A stretch of 64,000 nucleotides of DNA from an uncultured Desulfarculus sp. (GCA_963665125.2 CAXXUK010000001.1:1824001-1888000); one strand, 5' to 3'. Shown: positions 27,453-37,326, counted from the first letter of the stretch. A program made the numbers and translations. Notes: a model not told the origin generated them from the letters alone.

Positions 27453-28597
27453 TGGTTGTCGTAGGCCAGTTTGGTCAGGTTGCCGTCTCTATCCTTGACC
27501 AAATTACCCCTGGCGTCGGTCTTGAACAGCCGCTTGTTGGTGAACCGGTCGCACACGGCGATGAATTCGTCGACTGTCATATCCAGGGGCGCCAGAATCT
27601 CTTTGAGGGGCTTGCCCAGATAGGTCCAGGGAAACTTGCCGTCGTGGATGCGGATCAAATCCATGCCGTCCTGGCGGGTCATGCGGCCTCGCCGGATATG
27701 CATGCTGGCCAGATCGCTGGCCCGGCCGAACCCGAATTTCAGGAACTTGAAATAATCATGGATGCCGGTTTGGTGGTTGTCCAGGTTCTCGTAATTGATC
27801 AAAGAGCCTTCCACGGTGGTGGGCAGGGTTCGGAATCCGTTGGCCTGGGCGATGAGGGCGTTGGTGTAGCCGTCCCAGGGCAGATAATAGCCCAAAAAGA
27901 TGCCCGTGACGCCGGCACGGGCCAGTTCCTGGTCATCGGGATAGGTGAAGGGGATCATATCCCTGGCCTGAAGCCCCTCCAACCCGATGAGATCGGAAAC
28001 CCGCAGGCCCAGCAGCCCTCCGAACTCCTCCAGCCACCGGCGGTCCAGGACATTGTTTTCGGCTGCGGCGGCGGGTCCACCGTATTCGTGCTGGGAGTTT
28101 TCACCCCAGACGATCAGCGGCACATTGTACTTGGCCGCAACGTTGACCGGTATGGTGAAGATGCCCACGTGCTCGGGCCAGGAGATGTCGCCGACCATGG
28201 TCAGACCGATGCGGTTGAGCTTGTGCCTCACCCTGGGGTTGGTGGTCACCTCAATGTAATCGACGCCCAGCCCCTTGAGGTTTTCGATGTTGGCGCGGCC
28301 CAACTCGGAAAGGTCGCATGTGGTGGAAGTCACGCACAAGGGATTCAAGCCAAGTTGCAGACAGCGGATCACCTGGAAGTGGCTGTCCTTGCCGCCGCTG
28401 ACCGGGATCACGCAGTCCCAGTTGGAGCCGTCCCTGCTGCGATAGCGGTCCAGAATCTCCAGCAATTCGACATGCCGCCGCTGCCAGTCGATCTCCCGGC
28501 GGTTTTCATAATTGCGGCAGGCGTTGCACACGCCCTGGTCATCCAGGATCAGGTCCGGCTTGGTGTCGGGCATTACGCATCTGGCACAGTATCTCAT
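27449..28597 (-). CDS. N-acetyl sugar amidotransferase, WbuX family (copy 2)
   Basis: CARCVMPDTKP, CNAC, VSGGKDS, VWGEN, HDYFKFLKFGFGRA. Confidence 0.92.
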   Translation of the reverse strand: MRYCARCVMPDTKPDLILDDQGVCNACRNYENRREIDWQRRHVELLEILDRYRSRDGSNWDCVIPVSGGKDSHFQVIRCLQLGLNPLCVTSTTCDLSELGRANIENLKGLGVDYIEVTTNPRVRHKLNRIGLTMVGDISWPEHVGIFTIPVNVAAKYNVPLIVWGENSQHEYGGPAAAAENNVLDRRWLEEFGGLLGLRVSDLIGLEGLQARDMIPFTYPDDQELARAGVTGIFLGYYLPWDGYTNALIAQANGFRTLPTTVEGSLINYENLDNHQTGIHDYFKFLKFGFGRASDLASMHIRRGRMTRQDGMDLIRIHDGKFPWTYLGKPLKEILAPLDMTVDEFIAVCDRFTNKRLFKTDARGNLVKDRDGNLTKLAYDNQ

Positions 28598-28662
28598 TTG
28601 GTATCAACCAGTTCGCATTTCGCGGCGTAAAAACGATTCGTCTTGGCGAACCGTCGATTATT

Positions 28663-29928
28663 TCAGGACAAAATCGAGTCTATCACGTCCACCGTACGCT
28701 TGGAAGCCTTGCCGTCCACCAAATGATAAAGCAGCCGACGATGGTAATCAGAATCGTCGGAATGGGCGATCTCCCCGGTGTTTTCCAGGGCCCTCATCAG
28801 TTTATCCTCCAACTCGTCCAGGTTCCAGGCCAGGCGGCAGAACTTGTCCGCGTTGTTGTGGATGGGCGTGATATTGCCCTGGGGGTCGGCCTCCACCGCA
28901 GTGGGCGAACACAGCAGGATCAGGTCCAGGCCCAAGGCCAGACCTTCGCAAACCAGGTTGGAGTACGGCGAAATCAGGATCTCGGAGGCCTTGAGCAAAT
29001 CCACCGGAAGCATGTGCTCGAACTGAATGACCCTATGGGGCACACCGCCGCCGAACCGGTCGGCAGCGGCCTGATGCAGTTGCCGCGATTCCGGGCTGCA
29101 CTCGGGATGCAGCTTGACGATGAGTTGCACGTCGGCATAGCGGCCCAGAACGGTCAGAACCCGCTCCAGTTCGGGCGTGGCATCGCTGCCGCCCACGCCG
29201 AAGACAACCGTGCGCCGTGCGTGATCAAGACCCAGGCCGCTCAACAGATCATCACGGGAATATTCGGGCCCGAAGCAATGATCCAGGTGGGGCGCGCCGG
29301 TGATGTGCAGACGCGAAGGGTCGTAACCCTCGGCGATATGCATGTCATAGGTCTTCTGGCCCCACAGGCACAGATGTTTGGCTACCCTGCTGCTTCGCAG
29401 GAATTTCCAGGTCCCGTATTGCAAGGTCATTGTGGGCACGCCCATGCCGTTGGCTGCCATCACGAAATAACGCCTGGGGCCGCCGAAGTCGTAGCCGGTC
29501 AGGACCAGAGCCGGTTTGACGGCCGCGATCACCTTTTCGGCCCAGGACATGAACTTGGCCTTGACCATGTTGTCTTGCAGGATCATCCCAGCCACGTACT
29601 TCATCAGGGGCACGCCGCGGTAGTTGATGGCCAGCACCTCGGGTGAGGCGTTTATGGCATCCAGATAGTCTTTTTTATAGTCCTCGATCATCGCGTTGAG
29701 CTGAGGCTCGAACTTGGTCAAGCCCACCGACTCCGGAGTGATTACCTTCATCTTGCTGTCGTTTAGCAGCCCGGCAAAGGCCTTTTGGCTGTTGGGGTTG
29801 GTGCCCGTAGCCCGCAGACTGGTGAACACTATGGGGTCATAGCCGCCGTGGCGCTCCAACTCCTTGACCACAGGAATGACTCTGGTGGCGATGTTGATGG
29901 ATTCCAGATTTACCAATATCTTGCGCAT
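28663..29928 (-). CDS. GT-B-fold putative glycosyltransferase (surface-carbohydrate/CDP-glycerol-transferase-like)
   Basis: GVPTMTLQYG, LCLWG, HITGAPHLD, LIVKLHP, SNLVCEGLALG, DGKASKR pattern. Confidence 0.65.
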   Translation of the reverse strand: MRKILVNLESINIATRVIPVVKELERHGGYDPIVFTSLRATGTNPNSQKAFAGLLNDSKMKVITPESVGLTKFEPQLNAMIEDYKKDYLDAINASPEVLAINYRGVPLMKYVAGMILQDNMVKAKFMSWAEKVIAAVKPALVLTGYDFGGPRRYFVMAANGMGVPTMTLQYGTWKFLRSSRVAKHLCLWGQKTYDMHIAEGYDPSRLHITGAPHLDHCFGPEYSRDDLLSGLGLDHARRTVVFGVGGSDATPELERVLTVLGRYADVQLIVKLHPECSPESRQLHQAAADRFGGGVPHRVIQFEHMLPVDLLKASEILISPYSNLVCEGLALGLDLILLCSPTAVEADPQGNITPIHNNADKFCRLAWNLDELEDKLMRALENTGEIAHSDDSDYHRRLLYHLVDGKASKRTVDVIDSILS

Positions 29929-29941
29929 GTCGGCTTGCCCC

Positions 29942-31735
29942 CTAACCTTGGCCCGCGGCTTTTTGTTCGCGTAGCACCTTCACTTCGAAACCCATGTTTT
30001 TGGCAATATCCTGTATCACGGTGCTGACAGGCGTGACCTGGGGCGACCCGTTTTCCAGGGAGATGACCCTGTCTGGCCGGTATTGCTCCAGCATGTCGTA
30101 AAGGATGTCTATCAATTTGAGATAAGAAAAGCCTACGCCGTGAGCCTGATTGAACTCCTCTTCGGAATACATGTCCAAATTGCCGAACCGGCGGACCTTG
30201 GGCAGGTCCATCAGCGGTTTGAACAACTTTTGAAACTGGTCGTAGTGCGTTTTCCGGTCCGGGTAGACCACGCCCCAGTCGTGCTTCTGCAGCCAAAAAG
30301 TCTGCCCCACGTCGTCCGGTCCCATGGTGTTGGCCGTTCCACGGCGGATCTTTTCCATCAGGCCCTTGTCGACGCTGCCGACCACCACCTGTCCCGGTTC
30401 CTTGACCAGGGCCTCCAGCAGGCCGCTATAATCCACGTCCGCGTTCACCAGCAGTAAAGTCCGTTTGCCGTCTTCCACGGCGGCCTGTGTCGATGCGGCG
30501 GGTTGGTCCTGGGCGGCTGCGGGGCCGTTCAGGCCGAGTACGCGGTAATACAGTGCCTCAAGATTGCCGATGCCCGCGGCGATTTCCGCCGGATCATCGC
30601 CAAGAATAATGGATGGCCCGTCGACGCCGTAAAGCATCTTGGCCTCTTCCATCTGTGGCGCGGATATATACACCCGGCCGTGGGCGCCGCGGTTGGCAAG
30701 ACCCTCGAAGTATTTGATCGACTTGTCGTCAGGTTTGGATTGGCTGTTCAGGCCGTGGCTGTCGTGAATCACCTTGGCTTTGCCCACCAGGGCGGCGCAC
30801 GAAAAAACATCCGCCGTGCTTTGGCAGTGGATGATGTCAAAGCCGTCCGATACGTTCCAAAGGTGCTGATAATCGGCCATGACAAACGCGGCGGCAAAAT
30901 GGGCCGACATTGCTCCCGCAGGCAGGAGGTCTTTAATGGGGTGGCGATGGCCAAGGTTCACCTCATGCCCAAGGGCGGTCAAAGCTCGGGCCATGGCGAA
31001 CAACCGCTCGTCGGGCTTTTCCCGGACAAACAAGATCCGCAGCCTTAATCGCCCAATATCCGGGGCCGCCGCCGTTCCCTCGGTCTCCTCGACGGCCCGG
31101 GACGGGGCGGACGCCGTTTCCTCCGACGTTGCCTCCGGGTCCGCACAACCACGGCTGCCGGAGATGACGAACAAGTCATCGTCCACGGCCAACAGAGCCT
31201 GGGGGTTATGATGCGTGGTGACCGCCTCGGCGCGGGCCGGGCCGCGTGATGGTCCGTCCGCCGGCCCGTTGGAGGCTGCGGGCCATGTAAAATTTTCCTT
31301 GTCCGGCCTTGACTGAACCATTTTCTCGGCGCATGCTGCATTTTTTTCCGGCCGGTCGGGGCCGGCATCGGCTGTTTGCATCCCGTCCACTTTTGTCATG
31401 GAGGCTTGGCCGGTCCAACCTAGTTCCAGAGCCAAGCTGTAATGGGACTCCGCCTTCTGGTGTTCGCCGGCGGCCTCCAGAGCCGCGGCCAAGGCTGCCT
31501 GGGCCTGGGCCATGTTCGGCTTGAGCCTTATCAATCGCTGCAAGCATTCAACCGCTGCGTCAAATTCCCGTCGCTGAGTCAGCAAAAGACCCAATTTTTC
31601 CAATAAACGATAATCAACATTTTTTTCAGCCGCTTGCCCTTGCAGAAGACTTACCGCCCGATCTGAAGCGCCTTGGGCGACGAGGGCTTCCACCTCGGCC
31701 AGAACATCATCGGAAATTTGTTTACTTACAGCCAT
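29942..31735 (-). CDS. TPR protein with partial glycosyltransferase domains
   Basis: N-terminal TPR-like helices; central segment aligns by eye to the N-half of the GT at 31975 (ILFV.E.P, DI.HC, VIHD.H, FEG.ANRGAHGRVY, VDGPS). Confidence 0.7.
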   Translation of the reverse strand: MAVSKQISDDVLAEVEALVAQGASDRAVSLLQGQAAEKNVDYRLLEKLGLLLTQRREFDAAVECLQRLIRLKPNMAQAQAALAAALEAAGEHQKAESHYSLALELGWTGQASMTKVDGMQTADAGPDRPEKNAACAEKMVQSRPDKENFTWPAASNGPADGPSRGPARAEAVTTHHNPQALLAVDDDLFVISGSRGCADPEATSEETASAPSRAVEETEGTAAAPDIGRLRLRILFVREKPDERLFAMARALTALGHEVNLGHRHPIKDLLPAGAMSAHFAAAFVMADYQHLWNVSDGFDIIHCQSTADVFSCAALVGKAKVIHDSHGLNSQSKPDDKSIKYFEGLANRGAHGRVYISAPQMEEAKMLYGVDGPSIILGDDPAEIAAGIGNLEALYYRVLGLNGPAAAQDQPAASTQAAVEDGKRTLLLVNADVDYSGLLEALVKEPGQVVVGSVDKGLMEKIRRGTANTMGPDDVGQTFWLQKHDWGVVYPDRKTHYDQFQKLFKPLMDLPKVRRFGNLDMYSEEEFNQAHGVGFSYLKLIDILYDMLEQYRPDRVISLENGSPQVTPVSTVIQDIAKNMGFEVKVLREQKAAGQG

Positions 31736-31853
31736 GCTTACATCCTTGTAGCAAAAAAATATCACTCATTGGCGGACAGGCTTTACGTGGCCGCGATATG
31801 GCGCGGCCACGGATTATGCTACGACGGTTCAACCGCCCGCCGCCAAATAACTA

Positions 31854-31869
31854 TGCAATTTATATGCCG
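31854..31869 (-). promoter_or_regulatory. Candidate sigma54 promoter (leftward)
   Basis: Minus strand CGGCATATAAATTGCA = GG-N10-GC. Confidence 0.7.
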
Positions 31870-31898
31870 CATCAAAGGACAGTAGCAGTCGGGGTCAT

Positions 31899-31914
31899 TG
31901 GCACGTGTATTGCT
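31899..31914 (+). promoter_or_regulatory. Sigma54 promoter (rightward)
   Basis: TGGCACGTGTATTGCT, near-consensus. Confidence 0.85.
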
Positions 31915-31974
31915 TCATCGAAAGTCGTTAATGGCTATTATCGGCTGGTTTGAGATATTCGTGGAGGTGGCGCA

Positions 31975-33747
31975 ATGCCCAAGAGCAAAAAGAGAATTAA
32001 GAAGACCGCCAATAGAAACTCGGCGCCCCGACGTAAAAAGTCCGCGGCCAACAGCGCCGCCAACCAGCCATTAGCGAGGCTGCAACCTCCCCGACCCGCG
32101 GCGGCCCCGGCCAAGTCCGCCGATCTGCTGGAGGCCCAACGGCTGGCGGCCGCGGAACCCGGCAACCGCGATGCCTGGCAAAAGCTGGCTTCTTTGTGCA
32201 TGAAGGACGGACACTATTCCGAAGCTGCCGAAGCCTTCAAACGTATGACCGAATTGGCTCCCGACGAACCCGGCCTGTTCAACGATCTGGCCACCGCCCT
32301 GGCCATGGTCCAAAGGATGCCCGAGGCCAGAAGGGCCCAGGCCCAGGCCGTGCGCATCGCCCCACACAACATCAAATACAAGGCCAACTTGGCTAAAATA
32401 ATGATCATGCAGGAAGACTTCTTTGGCGCCCACGACCTGATCAAGGAACTGATGCCCCAGGCCGAAGGCAAGCGGGCCGAGGAGTTGCGTTCGCTTTTGG
32501 AGATGTGCGACAACGTTATAAATGAAGTCTCATCCCTCGACTCCGCGCCCGCACCGAGTGAGGCCCCGGCTGTGGCGGTCCCGCCGCGACCCGATCCCTT
32601 TGCCAGCCGCCGGGCCGTGGAGCCGACCAACGATCCGCTGAATATCCTGTTCGTCCAGGAGGCGCCCTGCATCCGCAATTACAAAACCGCCACGGCCTTG
32701 CGGTCCAAGGGACACAAGGTCACCCTGGCCTACACCAAGGCCCTGTTGTCCCAGATGTACAAGGGCCTCAGCGACGATGTCTACACCGCCTGCATCAAGC
32801 TGGCCGATGACAGGCAGCTCTGGGACCTAAGCGCCCGCTACGACATAGTCCACTGCCACAATGAGCCGGATGTGCTGACCGTGGCGTCCTTGGCCGGTGC
32901 CGCCCCAGTTATCCACGACACCCACGACCTGATTTCCCTGCGGGCCAACGGCGATCCAAGCCTGACCTTTTTTGAAGGCATGGCCAACCGGGGGGCACAC
33001 GGCCGTGTCTACACCACGCCATATCAAAAGGAAGTCGCGGCCGACCTCTATGCCGTGGATGGCCCTTCCCTGGTTTTTTACAACTATACCTCGGCAGGCG
33101 ACCTGCCCAAGCGAATGCTGCCAAAGCTTTCGGCCAGAGACGGTCAGACCCACATTGTCTACGAAGGAGGTATAGGTGGAAACGGCCACAGGGATTTCAT
33201 CAGCCTTTTCGTCAACTTGTCCCAAAACGGCGTGCATGTGCACATCTATCCGGTACACTTCGACCCAGCCATGGCCCAGGCCTTCCAGCAGATCGCCAAC
33301 ATCCACTATCACGAGCCGGTGTCGCCCAAAGAGGTAATGGAGCAGATGACCCAATACGACATGGGCATCATTCCGTTCAACATCGTCAAGGGCAACAAGA
33401 AGTTCCTGGACTCGACCATCGCCAACAAGCTGTTCGAGTACCTTGCGGCCGGGCTACCCGTATTTGCCTCGCCACTGCAAAGCTATCTGGATTATTTCTC
33501 CGAAAATCCGGTCGGCAAGGTCTTTCACGATGCGGGTGAAATCCTGGACTCGCTGGACGAAATGCGCCGCATAGCCCAGGCAACGGACCTGCAAGCCTAC
33601 GCCCGGACATACGAGGGTGAGGTAGACAGGCTGGATAGATTCTATCGCCAGGTTATCGCCCAGTACCGGCGTGATCACGAGGCAACCGATTACATACCGG
33701 TGTTGCAGAGGCAAAAAGAAACCACGGCCGCCGGCTCCTGGGCCTAG
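31975..33747 (+). CDS. TPR-repeat glycosyltransferase (GT4-like GT-B)
   Basis: TPR helices in N-terminal part; DMGIIPF...NKLFEYLAAGLPV donor-binding motif. Confidence 0.85.
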   Translation: MPKSKKRIKKTANRNSAPRRKKSAANSAANQPLARLQPPRPAAAPAKSADLLEAQRLAAAEPGNRDAWQKLASLCMKDGHYSEAAEAFKRMTELAPDEPGLFNDLATALAMVQRMPEARRAQAQAVRIAPHNIKYKANLAKIMIMQEDFFGAHDLIKELMPQAEGKRAEELRSLLEMCDNVINEVSSLDSAPAPSEAPAVAVPPRPDPFASRRAVEPTNDPLNILFVQEAPCIRNYKTATALRSKGHKVTLAYTKALLSQMYKGLSDDVYTACIKLADDRQLWDLSARYDIVHCHNEPDVLTVASLAGAAPVIHDTHDLISLRANGDPSLTFFEGMANRGAHGRVYTTPYQKEVAADLYAVDGPSLVFYNYTSAGDLPKRMLPKLSARDGQTHIVYEGGIGGNGHRDFISLFVNLSQNGVHVHIYPVHFDPAMAQAFQQIANIHYHEPVSPKEVMEQMTQYDMGIIPFNIVKGNKKFLDSTIANKLFEYLAAGLPVFASPLQSYLDYFSENPVGKVFHDAGEILDSLDEMRRIAQATDLQAYARTYEGEVDRLDRFYRQVIAQYRRDHEATDYIPVLQRQKETTAAGSWA

Positions 33748-34940
33748 CCAGAGCCGGCCACGCCCCGGTCTCCCCGCAACAGCCCGTTGACGTATTCGGC
33801 GATGGCCAGGCAACTGGTCAGGCCGGGGCTGTCTATACCCAGCAGGTTTATGCAGCGGGGCTCGGTGTCGTCGCGCCCAATGACCCAGTCCTGGTGACCG
33901 GCCAGCCGGGCCTGGATGCCCACCTGGTAGGGCTGTAAATCATCGGACGCCAGTTGCGGAAAAAAGCCTTGCACCTGCCCGGCGAAATCCGCGTTTGGAC
34001 GCATCACGCCGCCATAGTCGTTTTTACTTTTTGCCGCGAAATTCAGCGGCCCCACGCTGACTGCGTCGGCCATGCGCCAATGCCCCGTGGCGTCGGCCGG
34101 TTCCACGGTGGGGGTCAGGTGCACGCCCACGGTCCAATACACGCCGCCGGGCAGTTCCACCCTGTGGGGCGTGGGGTATACGTTCATGCGTCCGGCCTCC
34201 AATGCAGGCCGTTTGCCCCGCCAGAACCACATGGCCTCGCCGCGCATGGGGTCGATGCAATACGGCGATGCCGGGTTGACCAGCCTGGCCACCTCGTCGC
34301 TGAACAGGCCGCCGCAGTTGATCAATAGGTCGGCGGCCAATTCGTCAATCGCGCCGTCGGGTCTGCGCACGCCCAGGATCAGGGCATCGGCCCGCCGCTC
34401 CACGGCGCAAAGCTCGGCGTCCGTCACGAAAACCGCCCCGGCGGCCTCGGCGTTTGCGTGCAGGCTGCGCACCAATGACGTGGGTTCGATGACGCCGGAC
34501 TCGCTGGCCAATAGAGCCAGTTGGCACAGCGCGTTGGGCTCCAGGGCGGCGGCCTCGTCTTTTTCGATGATCCGGGTCGGCGCTTCGTTGATTGCCGCCC
34601 GCTGGTGGTACATCTCCAGCACCCGGCGGTCCGCCTCGCTGTGGCCCACCACCAGTTTGCCGCACTTGAAATGGGGCACCTTATGGGCTTGGCAATAGCC
34701 ATGGAGCATGGCCGCGCCCCTGGCGCAAAGTGCGGCCTTGAGGGGACGGGTTTCCCGGTCATAGTAGATGCCCGCGTGGATCACCCCGGAGTTGCGCGAC
34801 GACTGGTTTTCGCCCCGGCTGACACCGGCGTTTTTCTCCAGCACCATGACCTGACGGCCCGCCTTGGCCAGGGTGCGGGCCATGGCGCAGCCCAGGGCTC
34901 CCGCGCCCACGATCACTATTTCAACGCCTTGATCCGCCAA
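33744..34940 (-). CDS. FAD-dependent oxidoreductase, L-2-hydroxyglutarate oxidase family
   Basis: IVGAGALG, SSRNSGVIHAGIYY, CGKLVV, GVHLT, GIDSPGLTS. Confidence 0.88.
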   Translation of the reverse strand: MADQGVEIVIVGAGALGCAMARTLAKAGRQVMVLEKNAGVSRGENQSSRNSGVIHAGIYYDRETRPLKAALCARGAAMLHGYCQAHKVPHFKCGKLVVGHSEADRRVLEMYHQRAAINEAPTRIIEKDEAAALEPNALCQLALLASESGVIEPTSLVRSLHANAEAAGAVFVTDAELCAVERRADALILGVRRPDGAIDELAADLLINCGGLFSDEVARLVNPASPYCIDPMRGEAMWFWRGKRPALEAGRMNVYPTPHRVELPGGVYWTVGVHLTPTVEPADATGHWRMADAVSVGPLNFAAKSKNDYGGVMRPNADFAGQVQGFFPQLASDDLQPYQVGIQARLAGHQDWVIGRDDTEPRCINLLGIDSPGLTSCLAIAEYVNGLLRGDRGVAGSG

Positions 34941-35056
34941 ACAACCATCTCCGCCGGCCGGACACTATTACCGCAAAAGGCAATTATTGCCCATACAACC
35001 AAGGGCCCTGCACCAGATATTCAACTATATATCAACATCTTGGCAGCAAAGCTCCA

Positions 35057-35072
35057 TGGCACGCCATTTGCT
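35057..35072 (+). promoter_or_regulatory. Sigma54 promoter
   Basis: TGGCACGCCATTTGCT, near-consensus, 41 nt before the ATG at 35113. Confidence 0.85.
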
Positions 35073-35112
35073 TCGATTCACATGCGACTACTTTTTCGAC
35101 CACGGAGACGCC

Positions 35113-36003
35113 ATGGCTGCCGAAATTTCGACTCCGACCTCCCCGCAGGTGAGCATCATCATACCTGTTTTCAACCGGGCGCGGTATACCCTCAAATGTC
35201 TGCAAGCCCTGGCGGCAAACACGGCGTACGACAATTTCGAGTTGATCTTGGTGGACAACGCCTCCAGCGACGAGACGCCTCAGCTTCTGGCTTCGCTGAG
35301 CGGCGACGTCAAGACCATCCGCAACGAGGAAAACCTGGGTTTCGCCAAGGCCTGCAACCAGGGTGCCGAGGCAGCCGCCGGCGGCCTGCTGCTTTTTCTG
35401 AACAACGACACCGAGCCCCGGCCCGGCTGGTTGGAGGCCATGGTTCAGGCCATGGACAGCGCACCGGAAGTGCATGTCGTGGGTAACAAGCTGCTCTACC
35501 CCAACGGCACCATCCAACACGCCGGGGTGGCCTTCCGCCCAGACGGCGTACCCTATCATATTTTCAAATGCCTGCCCGCCGACCACCCGGCGGTGAACAG
35601 CATGGAAAGGTATCAGGCCGTAACCGCGGCCTGCATGCTGGTGCGCCGCGAAACTTTCTTCGACCTGGGCTGCTTTGACGAGGCCTATCAAAACGGCTAC
35701 GAGGACATGGACTTCTGTATGAAGGTGACCACCTCGGGCGGCGGCATAGTCTACACGCCCCACAGCGTAGTGGTGCATCACGAGAGCATCAGCCAGGGCC
35801 GCAAGGCCAAGGACGGCGAAAACCGCTTTCTTTTCCTCAATCGCTGGATCGACAATATCCGCGTTGATGAAAACGATCATTACAAGCGCTTGGGCATGCA
35901 GCTGGTCTACAGCGAAGATGGCGCCACCTGCACGGCTCACTACCCGGCCGCACCGCACCTGGACCGCACCTTCGCCACCGACATCCAGACGTTGATTCCT
36001 TGA
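35113..36003 (+). CDS. Glycosyltransferase family 2
   Basis: VSIIIPVFN, VDNASSD, NLGFAKACNQG, FLNND, TAACM, EDMDFC; SD GGAG. Confidence 0.92.
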   Translation: MAAEISTPTSPQVSIIIPVFNRARYTLKCLQALAANTAYDNFELILVDNASSDETPQLLASLSGDVKTIRNEENLGFAKACNQGAEAAAGGLLLFLNNDTEPRPGWLEAMVQAMDSAPEVHVVGNKLLYPNGTIQHAGVAFRPDGVPYHIFKCLPADHPAVNSMERYQAVTAACMLVRRETFFDLGCFDEAYQNGYEDMDFCMKVTTSGGGIVYTPHSVVVHHESISQGRKAKDGENRFLFLNRWIDNIRVDENDHYKRLGMQLVYSEDGATCTAHYPAAPHLDRTFATDIQTLIP

Positions 36004-36010
36004 GCAAAAC

Positions 36011-37234
36011 TCAGCCCAATATGCTGTTATAGATGTCCAAGTAATCTCTAGCATCGTCCATGATCGTGTGCGGCGGACGCACCTTTCGGGCCATGTTCCG
36101 CAGGCGTTCGGGTTTGGCCACCAATCCGTTGACAATGTCCCAAAGCCCCCGCCAGTCGCCCGGATCGAAGAGCAGGCCGTTTTCACCGGGCACGATGGCC
36201 TCGGGTATGCCGCCGGTGTTGCTGGCAATGATCGGCTTGCCCGCGAACAAGGCCTCCCGGGCCACAAGGCAATATGATTCCACCATCGATGGAACGATCA
36301 CCGCATCGCAACCGGCCAGGATGCGGCCCCGGTCGCCGGGCTCATAGCCCCCTTCGTAGCTGATCTTGTCCGGATGGGCCTTGACGGTGCGAAGCACGGT
36401 TTCCAGGTATTGCTCGTTGTAGGATTTGCCGTATATCCGCAAACGGCAGCCGTCCAGGGAGGCAAAGGCCCTGGCCGCGATGTGGGCGCCCTTGTTGGGC
36501 GTCATGCCGCCCATGAACACGAATTCCAGCTTGTCGTCTTTGCGTGGCGGGGCTTCGGCAAGGGGGAACGGCATGATCCCGGCGGGCAGCGGGCGCATAT
36601 TGGGCGCGCCGTAGCCGTCGGCTACCAAAGTTTCGTATAAATAACGGCTCACGCACAGCACCTGGCGGGGCAGAGTCACGATCCGGCGGTGAAAATCCCG
36701 GCGCAGTTCGTGGAACTTGATCAGTTCATCCCGCCTGCCGGGGTCGCCCTCCACGTCCACGAACTCGGCCAGGCACTCCAGACAGGTCTCGTCGCCGTGG
36801 CCCGGGCAGGGTTGCATGCCCGGCTTCTGGCGAAATGTATAGTGGCAGCTCAGCCAGAAGTCGTGCAGGGTCATTACGGAGGGTATGCCGTATTGCTCGG
36901 CCAGGGGCAGGACCTCGCCGCTGAACTTGATCAGATGCTGGGCGTGGATCAGGTCCACCCCGCGCTGGCGGGCTATCTGGACCACCACATTGGCCGCGCT
37001 TTTGTTGACGATGCGCTCATAGGCCGAACGGCGCTCGGGCAGATCCACGGTCATCACCGGCAGGCCGCCGATGTCGAACAGCTCCACATCCATGGAGCCG
37101 GTCTTGTGAAGGGGGTGGATCACCTCGATCTCGACGCCCAAACCCCGCAGGGCTAGGCTCAGGGCCAAAGTGTAGTTTTCCGTGCCCGCCCAAGAGTGCG
37201 GCGGAAAGTTGTGAACCACCTGGAGTATCTTCAT
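36011..37234 (-). CDS. Glycosyltransferase family 4
   Basis: MKILQVVHNFPP, TLHDFW, KGAH, ESYCLVAREALFAGKPIIAS, GGIPE. Confidence 0.9.
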   Translation of the reverse strand: MKILQVVHNFPPHSWAGTENYTLALSLALRGLGVEIEVIHPLHKTGSMDVELFDIGGLPVMTVDLPERRSAYERIVNKSAANVVVQIARQRGVDLIHAQHLIKFSGEVLPLAEQYGIPSVMTLHDFWLSCHYTFRQKPGMQPCPGHGDETCLECLAEFVDVEGDPGRRDELIKFHELRRDFHRRIVTLPRQVLCVSRYLYETLVADGYGAPNMRPLPAGIMPFPLAEAPPRKDDKLEFVFMGGMTPNKGAHIAARAFASLDGCRLRIYGKSYNEQYLETVLRTVKAHPDKISYEGGYEPGDRGRILAGCDAVIVPSMVESYCLVAREALFAGKPIIASNTGGIPEAIVPGENGLLFDPGDWRGLWDIVNGLVAKPERLRNMARKVRPPHTIMDDARDYLDIYNSILG

Positions 37235-37326
37235 AAACAGCTCATGAGCAAAAGTCTCGACAACGGCCAGCGATATTGGGCTATATTACGGCACATGTCC
37301 GGTTTAACGCAAAGGAAGGTGCGCCA

